48,316 nt of DNA from Candidatus Hydrogenedentota bacterium (GCA_045863295.1 BTWA01000038.1:1-48316); one strand, 5' to 3'; positions 35,969 to 46,150 are shown, numbered from the stretch's first letter. Notes: generated by a model not told the origin, from the sequence alone. Numbers and translations: made by a program.

Positions 35969-38343
35969 CGAACCGCCGCGTACACCGAAACGTTGCGGAT
36001 GCACGGCATCGCAAGTGTATCGATCACCCGCACACGCAGGGCATCCGTCTCCACCGGATCGAACCGCTCAATCCGCATCCGCCCAATCGTTTGCCCTTCT
36101 GAGACAACTTTCCACTCCCCGCCGACGCGAACTTCCAAACGAAAAGTCTTCACGCGCTGACCTAATGCGAACTCCTCTTCCAGTAGTACACGGTCAATTC
36201 GATGGCTACCGCCCAAATCCACCGTCAGCACGTTCCCTTCCTCCCACCGATCCTCACTGCTAATGGCAGCAATCGGCGCCCCATACATACTCCTCCACTG
36301 TTCCCCAAACTCCCGCAGCAGCATCACCTCTGCATCCGGGACCAGACCTCGCGTATCCGGTGTCATATTAATCAGCAGATTCGCGCCTCGGCCCAGCGAG
36401 GTATGAGCTATCTCGATCAACCGATCAACCGTCAGAAGCGTCTCATCGGTATTCGCCTCCCAGAACCACCCCTTGCGCGTGTGCACGTTGGCTTCCGCGG
36501 GAATATATCCGTTGGCGTAAACCGGGCACCACACCTGAGTGGCAACTTCCGGGGTCACCACATTCCAAAGCGGGTACGCCGCCTCACCGCGCTCACTTCC
36601 TGACCAGCGGATATCGGGGCGAGTGCCGTTGAACACCACGGCATTGGGTTGAAGTTCATGCACCATCAATGCAGCGGCGTCGCCGAACACCGGCCCCAAG
36701 TACTCCCCCTTCGCATTCCGCACATCCCATCCAAAGGGATCATACGCGCCATCAAACCACATCGCAGACAGCTCCCCGTAGCCCGTGAGCAACTCGCGGA
36801 GCTGTTCAAGAAATACCGGATAATACGCATTGCGATCGCCTTCAATCACTCGCTCGCCCACAGGATCCGGAGTGCTGGTGCACGGAAATGATTTATCGCC
36901 TCCGGATAAATACAACCCGGGCTTCAACCCATGGCGCCGCGCGGCATCGACGAATTCGCGCACCACGTCCCCCTGACCTCCCTTCCACGGACTCCCCTTC
37001 ACGGAATATTCCGTGGTCTTGGTGGGCCAAAGACAGTACCCATTGTGATGCTTCGCGGTCAGCACAATATGCTTCGCGCCCATCGCCACGGCCGCCTTCA
37101 TCCATTGATCGGCATCCAACTCAGACGGATTGAATAGCGCTGCTGCGGGAACCTGCATGAAATCGCCGCCCGCAAACGTCGCCGGACCGAAATGCACAAA
37201 GGCGCCCAACTGCGCCTCCTGATAGGAAATCTGATTAGGTCGCGGTGCCGGCAAATTGGGCGCTGCAAAATAGTGTTCCAACAGTTCTTGAGCACTCCCT
37301 TCAAACACCGCCAATTGCAGGTCTCCTCCCACTTGTTGATCACCTCCGGTGAAATACGCGTAGGTCTTACCCTCCCACTCGTATATTTCAACATCGGATG
37401 CGTTTTTCTCGCGAATTTCCGGCGGTCGAATTTCGTGCACGGTCTGCAACGGATCGTATGTCACCACCGGCCGCTCTACCGGGGCGTCCTGCCAATGAAC
37501 CAAATCTTTGGATCGCGCAACGCGCGTTTCGTAGTATCCATCGCCCAGGGACTGAAGATAGAGTGTGTAGAAGTAGTCACCATAAAAATAGAGAGCCGGG
37601 CCGCCTACATACTTCTCACGCCCGTATTGGGCATGCTCCACGGGCGTCCAGTCAATCAAGTCGTCCGAAGTAAAATACTTGAATGTGAACGCAGGCCAGC
37701 GCGCATCGTCGGACTCTACAAGCAGCACAAACGCATCCCGTCCACGGCATACGGAAACGTTAAAGAATCGTTCGCCCTCGCCAGCCCGAAGTACAACACG
37801 CGGCTCGGACCAATGAATCAGATCATCGGAATACGTCATTTCAATGGCCTTAATCTGCCATTTCTTCTCCGTACCCCAGTTCCCCGCAAATACATAGACG
37901 CGCCCTTCCCAAACAAACGCCATACCCAAACCATGACCCGTCAGCGCGACCGAAATGATCTCGTCGGTCTCCAAGTCTCGAATACGCACCTGATCTTCTT
38001 GGAACCGGTCTCCATCTGGCGATCCGATCTTTTCCCACTGCCGTTGCCAATTCTCCAGTAAACAGCGGCGGCCCTTAAAAATAAACGGAGTAACCTCAAC
38101 CAACGGGGAATTGAGTTTGCCCACTTTAGTCAAACGGTTCTGCCACTCTGGATAGGCCCGCTCGGCCCCAAATGCCTCCACAGGAATGGGCCGGGCGGGA
38201 GCAACAAGAATCGGCAACCAATCGTCGGCATCAATTGCGGGACCCTTTTGTGGCTCTGGATTGGCTGTCAATGCAAGTGCGCAAATCCCTATCCCCAAGA
38301 GACAACTCGTAAGCAGCCGAAACCTGATACGTGAATACCGCAT
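35965..38343 (-). CDS. Bimodular glycoside hydrolase: N-terminal beta-propeller, GH29 alpha-L-fucosidase and C-terminal CBM32/F5-8-like domain
   Basis: GH29 motifs FVHFG, LTAKHHNGYCLWPT, GLYLS, WFDG, LGRGANLLIN. Asp-box-like SxDLxxW repeats in the N-terminal half. Signal peptide from ATG 38343. Confidence 0.85.
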   Translation of the reverse strand: MRYSRIRFRLLTSCLLGIGICALALTANPEPQKGPAIDADDWLPILVAPARPIPVEAFGAERAYPEWQNRLTKVGKLNSPLVEVTPFIFKGRRCLLENWQRQWEKIGSPDGDRFQEDQVRIRDLETDEIISVALTGHGLGMAFVWEGRVYVFAGNWGTEKKWQIKAIEMTYSDDLIHWSEPRVVLRAGEGERFFNVSVCRGRDAFVLLVESDDARWPAFTFKYFTSDDLIDWTPVEHAQYGREKYVGGPALYFYGDYFYTLYLQSLGDGYYETRVARSKDLVHWQDAPVERPVVTYDPLQTVHEIRPPEIREKNASDVEIYEWEGKTYAYFTGGDQQVGGDLQLAVFEGSAQELLEHYFAAPNLPAPRPNQISYQEAQLGAFVHFGPATFAGGDFMQVPAAALFNPSELDADQWMKAAVAMGAKHIVLTAKHHNGYCLWPTKTTEYSVKGSPWKGGQGDVVREFVDAARRHGLKPGLYLSGGDKSFPCTSTPDPVGERVIEGDRNAYYPVFLEQLRELLTGYGELSAMWFDGAYDPFGWDVRNAKGEYLGPVFGDAAALMVHELQPNAVVFNGTRPDIRWSGSERGEAAYPLWNVVTPEVATQVWCPVYANGYIPAEANVHTRKGWFWEANTDETLLTVDRLIEIAHTSLGRGANLLINMTPDTRGLVPDAEVMLLREFGEQWRSMYGAPIAAISSEDRWEEGNVLTVDLGGSHRIDRVLLEEEFALGQRVKTFRLEVRVGGEWKVVSEGQTIGRMRIERFDPVETDALRVRVIDTLAMPCIRNVSVYAAVR

Positions 38344-38458
38344 ACTCCCCGCTCTCCTCAATCAGTGCATGGACGTCAAATCGCAATACAAGAGTCGTGG
38401 TATCATACCGGAAATGGCTGCGCAATCGCCTGACAAGAGATAGTGGAGTCGAATACAC

Positions 38459-39406
38459 ATGTCCGCATTCGCCCGATGGACCATGGCCATTCGCGAATTC
38501 ATTGTCAGTACATCCGCGCGATTACTGTTGCCCGAACTCCGCGAAAGCTCCGCCAGAGAAGACGAAACGCAACCGTTCTCCACCACTGCTGAACAAGATG
38601 GACCATCCGCGCACGTGCTCGTTCAGGACAATGGCGCCTCAATCACCATCTTTTCCTTTTCGAGCACTATGCTGCTCTTCGCCAGCCAGCCAACATTCGA
38701 ATTTCAAGGGTTTTTCGATAATCTCAGTCAACCCTGCAATAGAGTTTTCTTCCGCGACACGCATCGCTGCGCCTACCACGTCCACCCAGATGGCGCTGCG
38801 AATGGACGCGAATTCTTTGAAAACGAGGTCAGGCATTACATGGAAACTCTGGGAAGCACGATAAACATCGCTCTCGGCGATTCCTCCGGCGGTTCCGCGG
38901 CCATCTATTTCGGCTCCCGGTGTGGCATGCAGAAAATAATCGCACTGAGTCCCGCCTTTCCCCTGCGCACGTGGATCAACCCGCCGCTTCAATGCCGATA
39001 TCTATTCAATTTGCGCAGGCTAAAGAATGATTGGCCCGCTTACCGCGAAGGGCTCGTTTTGCTCGTATCGACCCCCGTGCTCCTCGTGGATCTGCTCATG
39101 CGCGTCGGAATCCACGGAATATGGAAACCGATGGAAGTATTCAGAAATACCACTCCAAGGCCTGAAGCCACTATCTTCTATGGTGAACAAAGCGATGGAG
39201 ACTGCCGAAACGCGCATCGAATCGCCGATCTGCCCGGGGTTAAACTTGTCCCCCTACAATCTGCACGTCACAGCATTGGCCTGTTCATGGCGCGGAAAGG
39301 CATATTGCAGAAAGCGCTCGTGGAAGAAATCGAGACCTTTCTCGATCGCTCGCGAACAGATAGCATTCAACGAACCACATACTCAGACGGGAATCCCGGG
39401 CAGTGA
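38459..39406 (+). CDS. Alpha/beta-hydrolase-fold protein
   Basis: Nucleophile elbow LGDSSGG, with later D (SDGD) and H (ARHS) as candidate triad residues. Confidence 0.6.
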   Translation: MSAFARWTMAIREFIVSTSARLLLPELRESSAREDETQPFSTTAEQDGPSAHVLVQDNGASITIFSFSSTMLLFASQPTFEFQGFFDNLSQPCNRVFFRDTHRCAYHVHPDGAANGREFFENEVRHYMETLGSTINIALGDSSGGSAAIYFGSRCGMQKIIALSPAFPLRTWINPPLQCRYLFNLRRLKNDWPAYREGLVLLVSTPVLLVDLLMRVGIHGIWKPMEVFRNTTPRPEATIFYGEQSDGDCRNAHRIADLPGVKLVPLQSARHSIGLFMARKGILQKALVEEIETFLDRSRTDSIQRTTYSDGNPGQ

Positions 39407-40878
39407 ATCTTCATGCATTTTCCGGAAGGCGTGCGGGGCAATGTCTCAACAAAATGAAACACGGAAGGTACCTTAAAAACATCCAGTTCGGCAAAACAAT
39501 GGTGTCGCAGAACATGGGCATCCACGCGCGAGTCGCTCGCTTGGATGGCGGCCTGTACATACTCGACTCCCTCACTGCGTAAACCAGGATAGACTACCGC
39601 ATCCACAACCGCCGGATGGGCGCGAAGCACAATCTCCACTTCCGCCGGATCCACTTTCATTCCGCCAAGATTAATGATGTCCTTGATCCGGCCCGTAATG
39701 TGGATGGCTCCCCAGGTGTCCAAAAGCCCCAAATCACCGGTCGCCCAATAGGTGTCCTCAGAAATGGACGGCTGTCCAACATAGCCCTGCATCATGGAAC
39801 TGGACCGAACCAGTATCTCATGCACACCACTGGAAAGCGATGCGTATTCGGCCCCTTCCGCAATGCACACATCCACATTGCGAAGCGGAATCCCCACACC
39901 ATCCACTGAAGAATCGTCATGATAAGTCGTGGATATGGCGCCCGTTTCCGTTGTGCCGTAGATTGCGTAAAGCTGCACCCCCAAGGTCGATTCAAATTCC
40001 CGCTTGACGTCCGCGCTGCAGGGCCCGCCCGCGAAGAACACGTGGCGTGCCATTGTTGGTCTGTCACGCCCATGCGACACCTGAGTCAAGGACTTGACCA
40101 TAGGCGGCACGAGCGCCAGAATGGTGCTCGGGTGTTGCTGTTCGTGGTTCAACACACGCTTCGGATTAAACTCGGCGTCCAGCACAAGCGTGTTATCGCA
40201 AAGCAAGGAGGCGACGAGGCCAAACCCATACGCGTAGGCGTGGCTAAGTGGTGTGGTCACGCGCACCCGCGCCTCCCCGTGGATTGTAACACGAGAAACA
40301 TAATTCTCGCCCTCCGCCACGGCAACGCGCTGATTCCTGTAGCAAAACCGTGCCAATCCGTACGTGCCTGAGGTCGGATGAAGCACCACTCCGTGCAAAT
40401 CGCGAAGAGACGACGATTCGCGCGGAACGCCGGAAAAAGTAGAAAGCTTAAGAGACATCCCGCACACTTCAGTGTAAGCGCATACCGAAGCATCGGCAAT
40501 ATCAATACGGCTTGTAGATTCGACGAAGTCGTGGATCCACCACTTAATACCTAATGCACTAGCCGTTCGGTCCAATTCACGAAGTGTGGTCCCGGCGTAC
40601 TGAAGCACCGGATTGCAACCCAGCTGAAGCAGTGCCATAAGCGCAACCGGAAACGCCGCCGTATTGGCCAACGCCAATACCACGCATTCCCCCGCGCGAA
40701 CGCCTTGGGCGGACAGCACCCGGGCAAAACGGTCAGTTTCCTCGCGCAATTCCCCTGAAAGCCAAAGGCGCTGGGTCACAGTGCAGTCGATGCCGCCCTT
40801 CCAGCGTTTCCAACAGGTGATCAACTCGTCACTTGTGTCTGACCCACAGATCTCCGGGCTGCATTCCCTCGCACTCAT
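39367..40878 (-). CDS. AMP-dependent acyl-CoA/acyl-ACP ligase (class I adenylate-forming)
   Basis: TSGTYG, YGTTETG, TGDLG, GRIKDII..GG.KV.P.EVE and LPRTPSGK. ATG 40878 overlaps the ACP stop. Confidence 0.88.
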   Translation of the reverse strand: MSARECSPEICGSDTSDELITCWKRWKGGIDCTVTQRLWLSGELREETDRFARVLSAQGVRAGECVVLALANTAAFPVALMALLQLGCNPVLQYAGTTLRELDRTASALGIKWWIHDFVESTSRIDIADASVCAYTEVCGMSLKLSTFSGVPRESSSLRDLHGVVLHPTSGTYGLARFCYRNQRVAVAEGENYVSRVTIHGEARVRVTTPLSHAYAYGFGLVASLLCDNTLVLDAEFNPKRVLNHEQQHPSTILALVPPMVKSLTQVSHGRDRPTMARHVFFAGGPCSADVKREFESTLGVQLYAIYGTTETGAISTTYHDDSSVDGVGIPLRNVDVCIAEGAEYASLSSGVHEILVRSSSMMQGYVGQPSISEDTYWATGDLGLLDTWGAIHITGRIKDIINLGGMKVDPAEVEIVLRAHPAVVDAVVYPGLRSEGVEYVQAAIQASDSRVDAHVLRHHCFAELDVFKVPSVFHFVETLPRTPSGKCMKIHCPGFPSEYVVR

Positions 40879-41162
40879 CTCGAAATCAATCGAACGAGGT
40901 GGCCAAGACTGGATATCCGCTTCGCACCCCAATAGTCTTCAGGAATGGAAACGCCGAGTTCGCGCTCCACCGCCGCAAGGAGTTCGAGCCGGCCCATGGA
41001 CGTCAGACCAAGCCCTTCCTCGGAAAGCGAAGCATCCAAGTTGGGTTCAATCGTTATCCCTTGCCCCTTCATCACGCGCGCTGCAACGGCAAGGACTTCC
41101 CCGCTCCAGTCTTTGTTGACTTTTTGTGGACCTCTGAACAAAGCCACATCAATCTCCCACAA
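40875..41162 (-). CDS. Acyl/peptidyl carrier protein
   Basis: LGLTSMGRLELLAAVERELGVSIP carries the phosphopantetheine Ser motif. About 95 aa; start uncertain. Confidence 0.85.
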   Translation of the reverse strand: MWEIDVALFRGPQKVNKDWSGEVLAVAARVMKGQGITIEPNLDASLSEEGLGLTSMGRLELLAAVERELGVSIPEDYWGAKRISSLGHLVRLISR

Positions 41163-41177
41163 AACGCAAAAAGTGAG

Positions 41178-42557
41178 TCAAATCCAATCGCCTTTCCCAA
41201 TCACATGCCCCAAGCGTTCCAATACCGTGTCAACCACGTCGGGAGTGTGCGCGGTCGAAAGATACCAAGGCTCGAATCGGTTGGGATGAAAATACACGCC
41301 CGCAAGCTGTGAGGCGTGCTGCAAACGGATGTACCGCTCGTGCAATGTACGGCTCGCCGCACTTCGATAATCATGGGGAACGCCTGCCGATGCATCATCT
41401 AACAACCAGCAACTCAGCATAGGGCCCACATGCGATATGGCCGCGCAAACGCCAGCATCCCGGAAAAGACGTTCCAAACCGAAAGCAAGCCGGCTCGCGG
41501 CAGACCACAACTCGTCATAAAGTACAGTCCCACGCGCATCGTAATGTTCCTGCACCGCGAGCGCCGCCGCAAGAGAGAGCGGGTTTCCCGAGTAGACTCC
41601 CCCGTGAAATACCGTGCCATCTGCCAATTGCTTCATGACATCGTGACGGCCGCCAATCGCGCCAAGGGGAACGCCGCCCCCTATCGCCTTCGAAAACATC
41701 GTCAGGTCGGGGTGGACTCCGTAAAGTTCCTGTGCACCGCCTCGGGCTACGCGAAATCCTGTGATGACTTCATCAAAAATCAGCAGCGCCCCGTATCGGT
41801 CCGCCAGTCCACGCACGTCCTCAAGAAATCCGGGAACTGGCGCTATGACGCCCGCATTTCCCATCACCGGTTCCATCACAATTGCGGCAACCTCATGGCC
41901 ATGGGCCTGCAGCACGCTTTCAAGAACCGGCGTATCGTTCCACGGAATCACTAAGGCACATTCGATAGAACGGGACATCCCTCGAGTTCCTGGGATGGAC
42001 TCGTATCCAGCCCGCGTCTGTAGATCGGCAGGCGTCGCGTGGTAGCGGTGGAAAACACCTTCGCTCGAACCGTGATAATGCCCCTCGAACAACACAATAA
42101 GTGGGCGACCGGTATAGGCGCGCGCCAAACGAACCGCCGTCTGACCGGCCTCGGTTCCGGTCGATGTGAATCGCAATAGATCGACTGAGGGAAAGCTCTG
42201 CTTCACCAATTCGGCCGTGCGGAATGCCAACTCGTGGGGAAATCCCAACTGAGTGCCCCGTTGGTTCAATTCCTGAATGATGGCGCGGTTGATGAACTCG
42301 GGACAATGCCCAAACAGCAGGGGGCCATAGCCCATATTCATGTCAATGAGTTCGTGACCGTCGGCATCCCAGATTGAGGCGCCTCGCGCGCGCTCCACGA
42401 CAAGCGGAAGGTGGTACGGCAACACGCGCATCGTGCTGCTTGCCCCTCCCGCAACGCTCTCTTTGGCGCGTGCCAGCATCTGAATGGATCGCGCTGATCC
42501 CCGATGCATATGAATTGCCGAATGTACTGCATCGACGTCTAGTGATCGGCTCGACAC
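41178..42557 (-). CDS. Class III PLP aminotransferase, glutamate-1-semialdehyde aminomutase-like
   Basis: G..IWDADG, STGTEA, FEGHYHG, EPVMGN, LIFDEVITGFR, FSKAIGGG and GVYSGNP motifs. Confidence 0.9.
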   Translation of the reverse strand: MSSRSLDVDAVHSAIHMHRGSARSIQMLARAKESVAGGASSTMRVLPYHLPLVVERARGASIWDADGHELIDMNMGYGPLLFGHCPEFINRAIIQELNQRGTQLGFPHELAFRTAELVKQSFPSVDLLRFTSTGTEAGQTAVRLARAYTGRPLIVLFEGHYHGSSEGVFHRYHATPADLQTRAGYESIPGTRGMSRSIECALVIPWNDTPVLESVLQAHGHEVAAIVMEPVMGNAGVIAPVPGFLEDVRGLADRYGALLIFDEVITGFRVARGGAQELYGVHPDLTMFSKAIGGGVPLGAIGGRHDVMKQLADGTVFHGGVYSGNPLSLAAALAVQEHYDARGTVLYDELWSAASRLAFGLERLFRDAGVCAAISHVGPMLSCWLLDDASAGVPHDYRSAASRTLHERYIRLQHASQLAGVYFHPNRFEPWYLSTAHTPDVVDTVLERLGHVIGKGDWI

Positions 42558-42648
42558 CAGGACCGGTCTCCCCTGACTAAACTCGTGCTTTCAGATCGAG
42601 ATGATAGCACAGCACCGGCCCGATGCCAACCGTTGTGAGAGGGTGAAT

Positions 42649-43416
42649 CTACCCCTCCCTGCGGTGGCATAGGTAGAGGATACGGCGACTTGATTCGGCA
42701 GCACTGGTAAACCGTTCACCATCCAGGCACTCGCACGCAAACCCCGCATCACACAGATGCAAATCCATACTTCTTCGTTCATATGACCGCTGCACATGCT
42801 CCTCCTCAAATCGCCGATAGTGTTTCCCAGATTGAACAAATCCCACTACTTGAAATCGGTGCACCAAGGTGTCCTCGTCATAATGACTTTGAAAACAGAC
42901 TACTCGGTGGTCTTCCACAAACGTTCTATCCGATTCGGCCCGAAATCCCTCCGGTGTTTTCACATCAAAGACAAATAATCCATGGGACGTTAGATGTACT
43001 GCAATTTTCCGAAAAAGACCCGCTATAAAGGCCTCATCCAATATGTAATTCAAACTGTCGAAAAGACATGTAACCACATCGAATTGACCGGAAAGTCGCG
43101 CGGTCAGAATATCAGCGCACACTAACTTGGATTCAGGAGTCAATTCCCGCGCATGAGCCAGTTGATGGCGAGACCGATCCACACCCACGGTCTGAAAGCC
43201 ACGCTCGGATGCCAGACGCAACAGCGATCCCGTCCCACAGCAAAGATCCAGCCACCGGCCTCCCGCAATGCCGCGCTCGTCTAAGCGCCGCATCAGAAAC
43301 GGCCACATCATGCGGCTCCATAAGTCCCACCGCTCGCGGTAAATGCTTGAAAACTCGTTCCCGTATGCCGGCATGCCGCCGCTCCATGTACCGGTAAATG
43401 AACGGGATTCTACCAT
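42649..43416 (-). CDS. Class I SAM-dependent methyltransferase
   Basis: WLDLCCGTG, GVDRS, FDVVTCLFDSLNY and GLFVFD motifs. Confidence 0.92.
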   Translation of the reverse strand: MVESRSFTGTWSGGMPAYGNEFSSIYRERWDLWSRMMWPFLMRRLDERGIAGGRWLDLCCGTGSLLRLASERGFQTVGVDRSRHQLAHARELTPESKLVCADILTARLSGQFDVVTCLFDSLNYILDEAFIAGLFRKIAVHLTSHGLFVFDVKTPEGFRAESDRTFVEDHRVVCFQSHYDEDTLVHRFQVVGFVQSGKHYRRFEEEHVQRSYERRSMDLHLCDAGFACECLDGERFTSAAESSRRILYLCHRREG

Positions 43417-43457
43417 GGAACGGGTAATCGCGAAAGCGCCCCGGACAGTCGGGGGAC

Positions 43458-44714
43458 TCAGGAAGGTGTCGAAACGAGAGCGGCCGTCGCGAAAGAGGCT
43501 TCAATAATGGCGGCGGTATCCCGCGCAATCATCAACTCTTCGTTGGTGCGGATCACCAGTGCCTTCGCCGTTGAAGTCGGACTTGCGATGCAAACCGCAT
43601 GCTTGCTGTTTTGCTCCTCATCGATGTGAATGCCAAGGTAACCGGATTTCGCAAGTATACGGCTGCGCATGGCCGCATCGTTTTCACCAATTCCTCCAGT
43701 AAAAACAATCGCATCCGCGCCCCCAAGCGCCATCGCGTAACCGCCAATGAACAGAGCAATTCGGTATGCAAACATATCGAGTGCAAGCTGCGCCGATTCG
43801 TCGCCTTCCAATGCCAGTCTTTCAATGTCGCGAACGTCGGTGTGCTTGCAGATTCCTTCCATGCCGCTCGAACGGTTCAACGTGCGAGTGACCTCGTCCG
43901 CGTCCAGACCCATCTCACGGATCATATACAAGGGTATATACGGATCCATATCGCCAGAGCGCGTCCCCATCATGACACCACCCAAGGGTGTCATCCCCAT
44001 ACTCGTATCGATTGACTTGCCGCGGTTTATCGCTGTAACGCTGCAACCGTTTCCAAGATGACACGTAATGAGACGCGTTTCCTCTATCGGCTTTCCAAGG
44101 TACCGCGCGGCTTCAAGCGCGACGTACCGGTGCGAAGTGCCGTGAAATCCATATTTGCGAATGGCATGCTCTTGATAGTATGCATACGGAATGGGATACA
44201 AATACGCATTCCTGGGAATGGTGTGATGAAACGCCGTGTCGAAAACCGCAACCTGAGGCACCGCCCCAAACGTGTCCGTACATGCCTTAATACCCATGAT
44301 GGCTGGTGGATTGTGAAGCGGAGCCAGACGGGCACAACGTTCAATTCCCGTGAGCACACTCTTGTCGATCAACACCGACTTGTAAAACTCTTCGCCACCA
44401 TGGACCACGCGATGTCCTATCGCGCTCAACTCGGTTACATTCCCAATGATCGGACTCGATGGATTTAACAGCGACTTGCAGATCAATGCTATTGCACCGT
44501 GATGATCCTTGATCTGCGCCGGAGACTTCTCGACATTGCTCAATCCGCTTGTGGAAGAATCGTTCCGATCCAATCGCGCACACGTGATCGTCGCGCCGCT
44601 CTGCCCGATCCGCTCCACGATACCTTTGGCTTCGCTCCGGCTACCTTCACTGTTGAATTCGAATACTTGGTACTTGATAGAGGATGAACCGCTATTCAAA
44701 ACCAGGATTTTCAA
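43458..44714 (-). CDS. ackA: Acetate kinase
   Basis: ILVLNSGSSSIKY, GHRVVHGG, APLHNP, FDTAFH, YGFHGTSH, HLGNG.S, MGTRSGD, FTGGIGEN and TNEE. TTG start with an AGGAG RBS. Confidence 0.97.
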   Translation of the reverse strand: MKILVLNSGSSSIKYQVFEFNSEGSRSEAKGIVERIGQSGATITCARLDRNDSSTSGLSNVEKSPAQIKDHHGAIALICKSLLNPSSPIIGNVTELSAIGHRVVHGGEEFYKSVLIDKSVLTGIERCARLAPLHNPPAIMGIKACTDTFGAVPQVAVFDTAFHHTIPRNAYLYPIPYAYYQEHAIRKYGFHGTSHRYVALEAARYLGKPIEETRLITCHLGNGCSVTAINRGKSIDTSMGMTPLGGVMMGTRSGDMDPYIPLYMIREMGLDADEVTRTLNRSSGMEGICKHTDVRDIERLALEGDESAQLALDMFAYRIALFIGGYAMALGGADAIVFTGGIGENDAAMRSRILAKSGYLGIHIDEEQNSKHAVCIASPTSTAKALVIRTNEELMIARDTAAIIEASFATAALVSTPS

Positions 44715-44919
44715 TACTTCTCTCCTGGCCTGGCCTCATCAACGGCCAGCGGGCAATGCGCACTCCTTGCGCCCGTATATTGTATGCACTCGTCCAATTG
44801 TCCAGTCATGAAATACCGCCGCCGGTGCGACATACCTTATCCTAGTTACGCCCTGCTCGCCGCAAAGGCCACCTGACCCGGACAGGCAATTCCCCACGCA
44901 CCGCCCGCCCTCGTCCATG

Positions 44920-45933
44920 CTAACGTAACGAGGTGGCCGCATGCATCTGGCTCTGCACCACCGTCACGGCGGCCACACCGACGATATCCTCCCACGAACA
45001 CCCACGGGACAAATCATTGACCGGTTTGCGAATGCCTTGAAGTATGGGACCGTACGCCGAAGCCCCGGCCAATCGTTCTACCAACTTGTACGCCATGTTT
45101 CCCGAATTCAAATCCGGAAACACCAGCACCCGTGCTCGGCCCGCAACTTCGCTGTCCGGCGCCTTGCGACGCGCTACCGATTCCACAATCGCCGCATCGA
45201 CCTGCAACTCACCATCAATGCGTACCGCACTATTTCCACCAAACCGCTCCGCACAGCGTGACTTGGCAATTTGGGTCGCCTCTACCACTTTGCGCGTTAA
45301 TGGACTGTCCGCGGATCCAAGCGTGGAGTAAGACAACATCGCCACATAAGGGTCGATACCGAACTGAAGTGCCGTTTCGGCCGATGAAAGCGCAATTTCC
45401 GCCAACTCCTCCGCGTTCGGATTCTCTACCAGACCACAGTCCGCAAACAGATAAGTGGTCTCCCCTAACGTCATAAAAAAGAAACTGGATACCATCGAAC
45501 ACCCTTCGCGAGTTCTCAATATCTGAAGCGCGGGACGAAGTGTCGCCGCAGTTGAGTGGCAAGCCCCTGCCACCAATCCATCGGCCTGATCGAGATGCAA
45601 CATCATGATTCCGTGCGCGATCGGATTCTGCATCACGGATTCCGCCTCGGATAGGGTCATACCCTTGCGGCGGCGCATCTCATGGTACATACCAGTAAAA
45701 GGTTCCAGACGCTCTGGGGACAACGGGTTCACTACTTCGATGGATTCGCGAATCCCGTATCCGTGCAGTGCCCGCGTGACAACAGCCGGATCTCCAATCA
45801 GGCAAACGTCGGCAATCCGCCGCCGCTGAAGCTCCGCGGCAGCACGCAACGTGCGCTCATCTTCGGACTCAGGCAATAGGATTCGAGTGGGATGGGCCTG
45901 CGCCTGTTCGATAATTTGGTCAATGAATTGCAT
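44920..45933 (-). CDS. pta: Phosphate acetyltransferase
   Basis: ILLPE..D.R, VSSFF, FADCG, AMLSYST.GS, DGELQ.DAA, FPDL.SGN..YK, GPILQG..KPVNDLSRGC. GAGG RBS before ATG 45933. Confidence 0.96.
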   Translation of the reverse strand: MQFIDQIIEQAQAHPTRILLPESEDERTLRAAAELQRRRIADVCLIGDPAVVTRALHGYGIRESIEVVNPLSPERLEPFTGMYHEMRRRKGMTLSEAESVMQNPIAHGIMMLHLDQADGLVAGACHSTAATLRPALQILRTREGCSMVSSFFFMTLGETTYLFADCGLVENPNAEELAEIALSSAETALQFGIDPYVAMLSYSTLGSADSPLTRKVVEATQIAKSRCAERFGGNSAVRIDGELQVDAAIVESVARRKAPDSEVAGRARVLVFPDLNSGNMAYKLVERLAGASAYGPILQGIRKPVNDLSRGCSWEDIVGVAAVTVVQSQMHAATSLR

Positions 45934-45995
45934 GGCGTTATCCTCTTGGCACACAAGATCTTGCAGAGAGTCACAAGAAGGCCATGAGGGTAAAC

Positions 45996-46010
45996 GCACA
46001 AAACGTGCCA
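45996..46010 (-). promoter_or_regulatory. Sigma-54 (-24/-12) promoter for pta
   Basis: Minus strand TGGCACGTTTTGTGC versus consensus TGGCACG-N4-TTGC (one mismatch). It lies 62 nt upstream of pta and next to a sigma-54 activator gene. Confidence 0.75.
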
Positions 46011-46150
46011 ATGAGGTACATTCAAAGATGTTGTGGTAAGTGACTTTAAACGAATGGTTTACGAAGGTACGACGTCAAAATTACAACGCCCGGCCAATGA
46101 GCAAAACGCACATATGTATCTACCAACATGAACAAAAGTGCTCACAAATT

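Noticed and set aside
34985..38061. Long antisense ORFs (34985-35851, 37192-38061) and similar shadow ORFs elsewhere
   Set aside because: They lie opposite well-supported genes, have no motifs, and are expected in GC-rich coding DNA.
41178..42557. Calling the aminotransferase hemL
   Set aside because: It is HemL-like, but it sits with ACP/ligase genes and no tetrapyrrole genes, so orthology is unsupported.
44739..44942. 67-aa ORF between pta and ackA
   Set aside because: It overlaps the pta end and has no RBS or recognisable motif.
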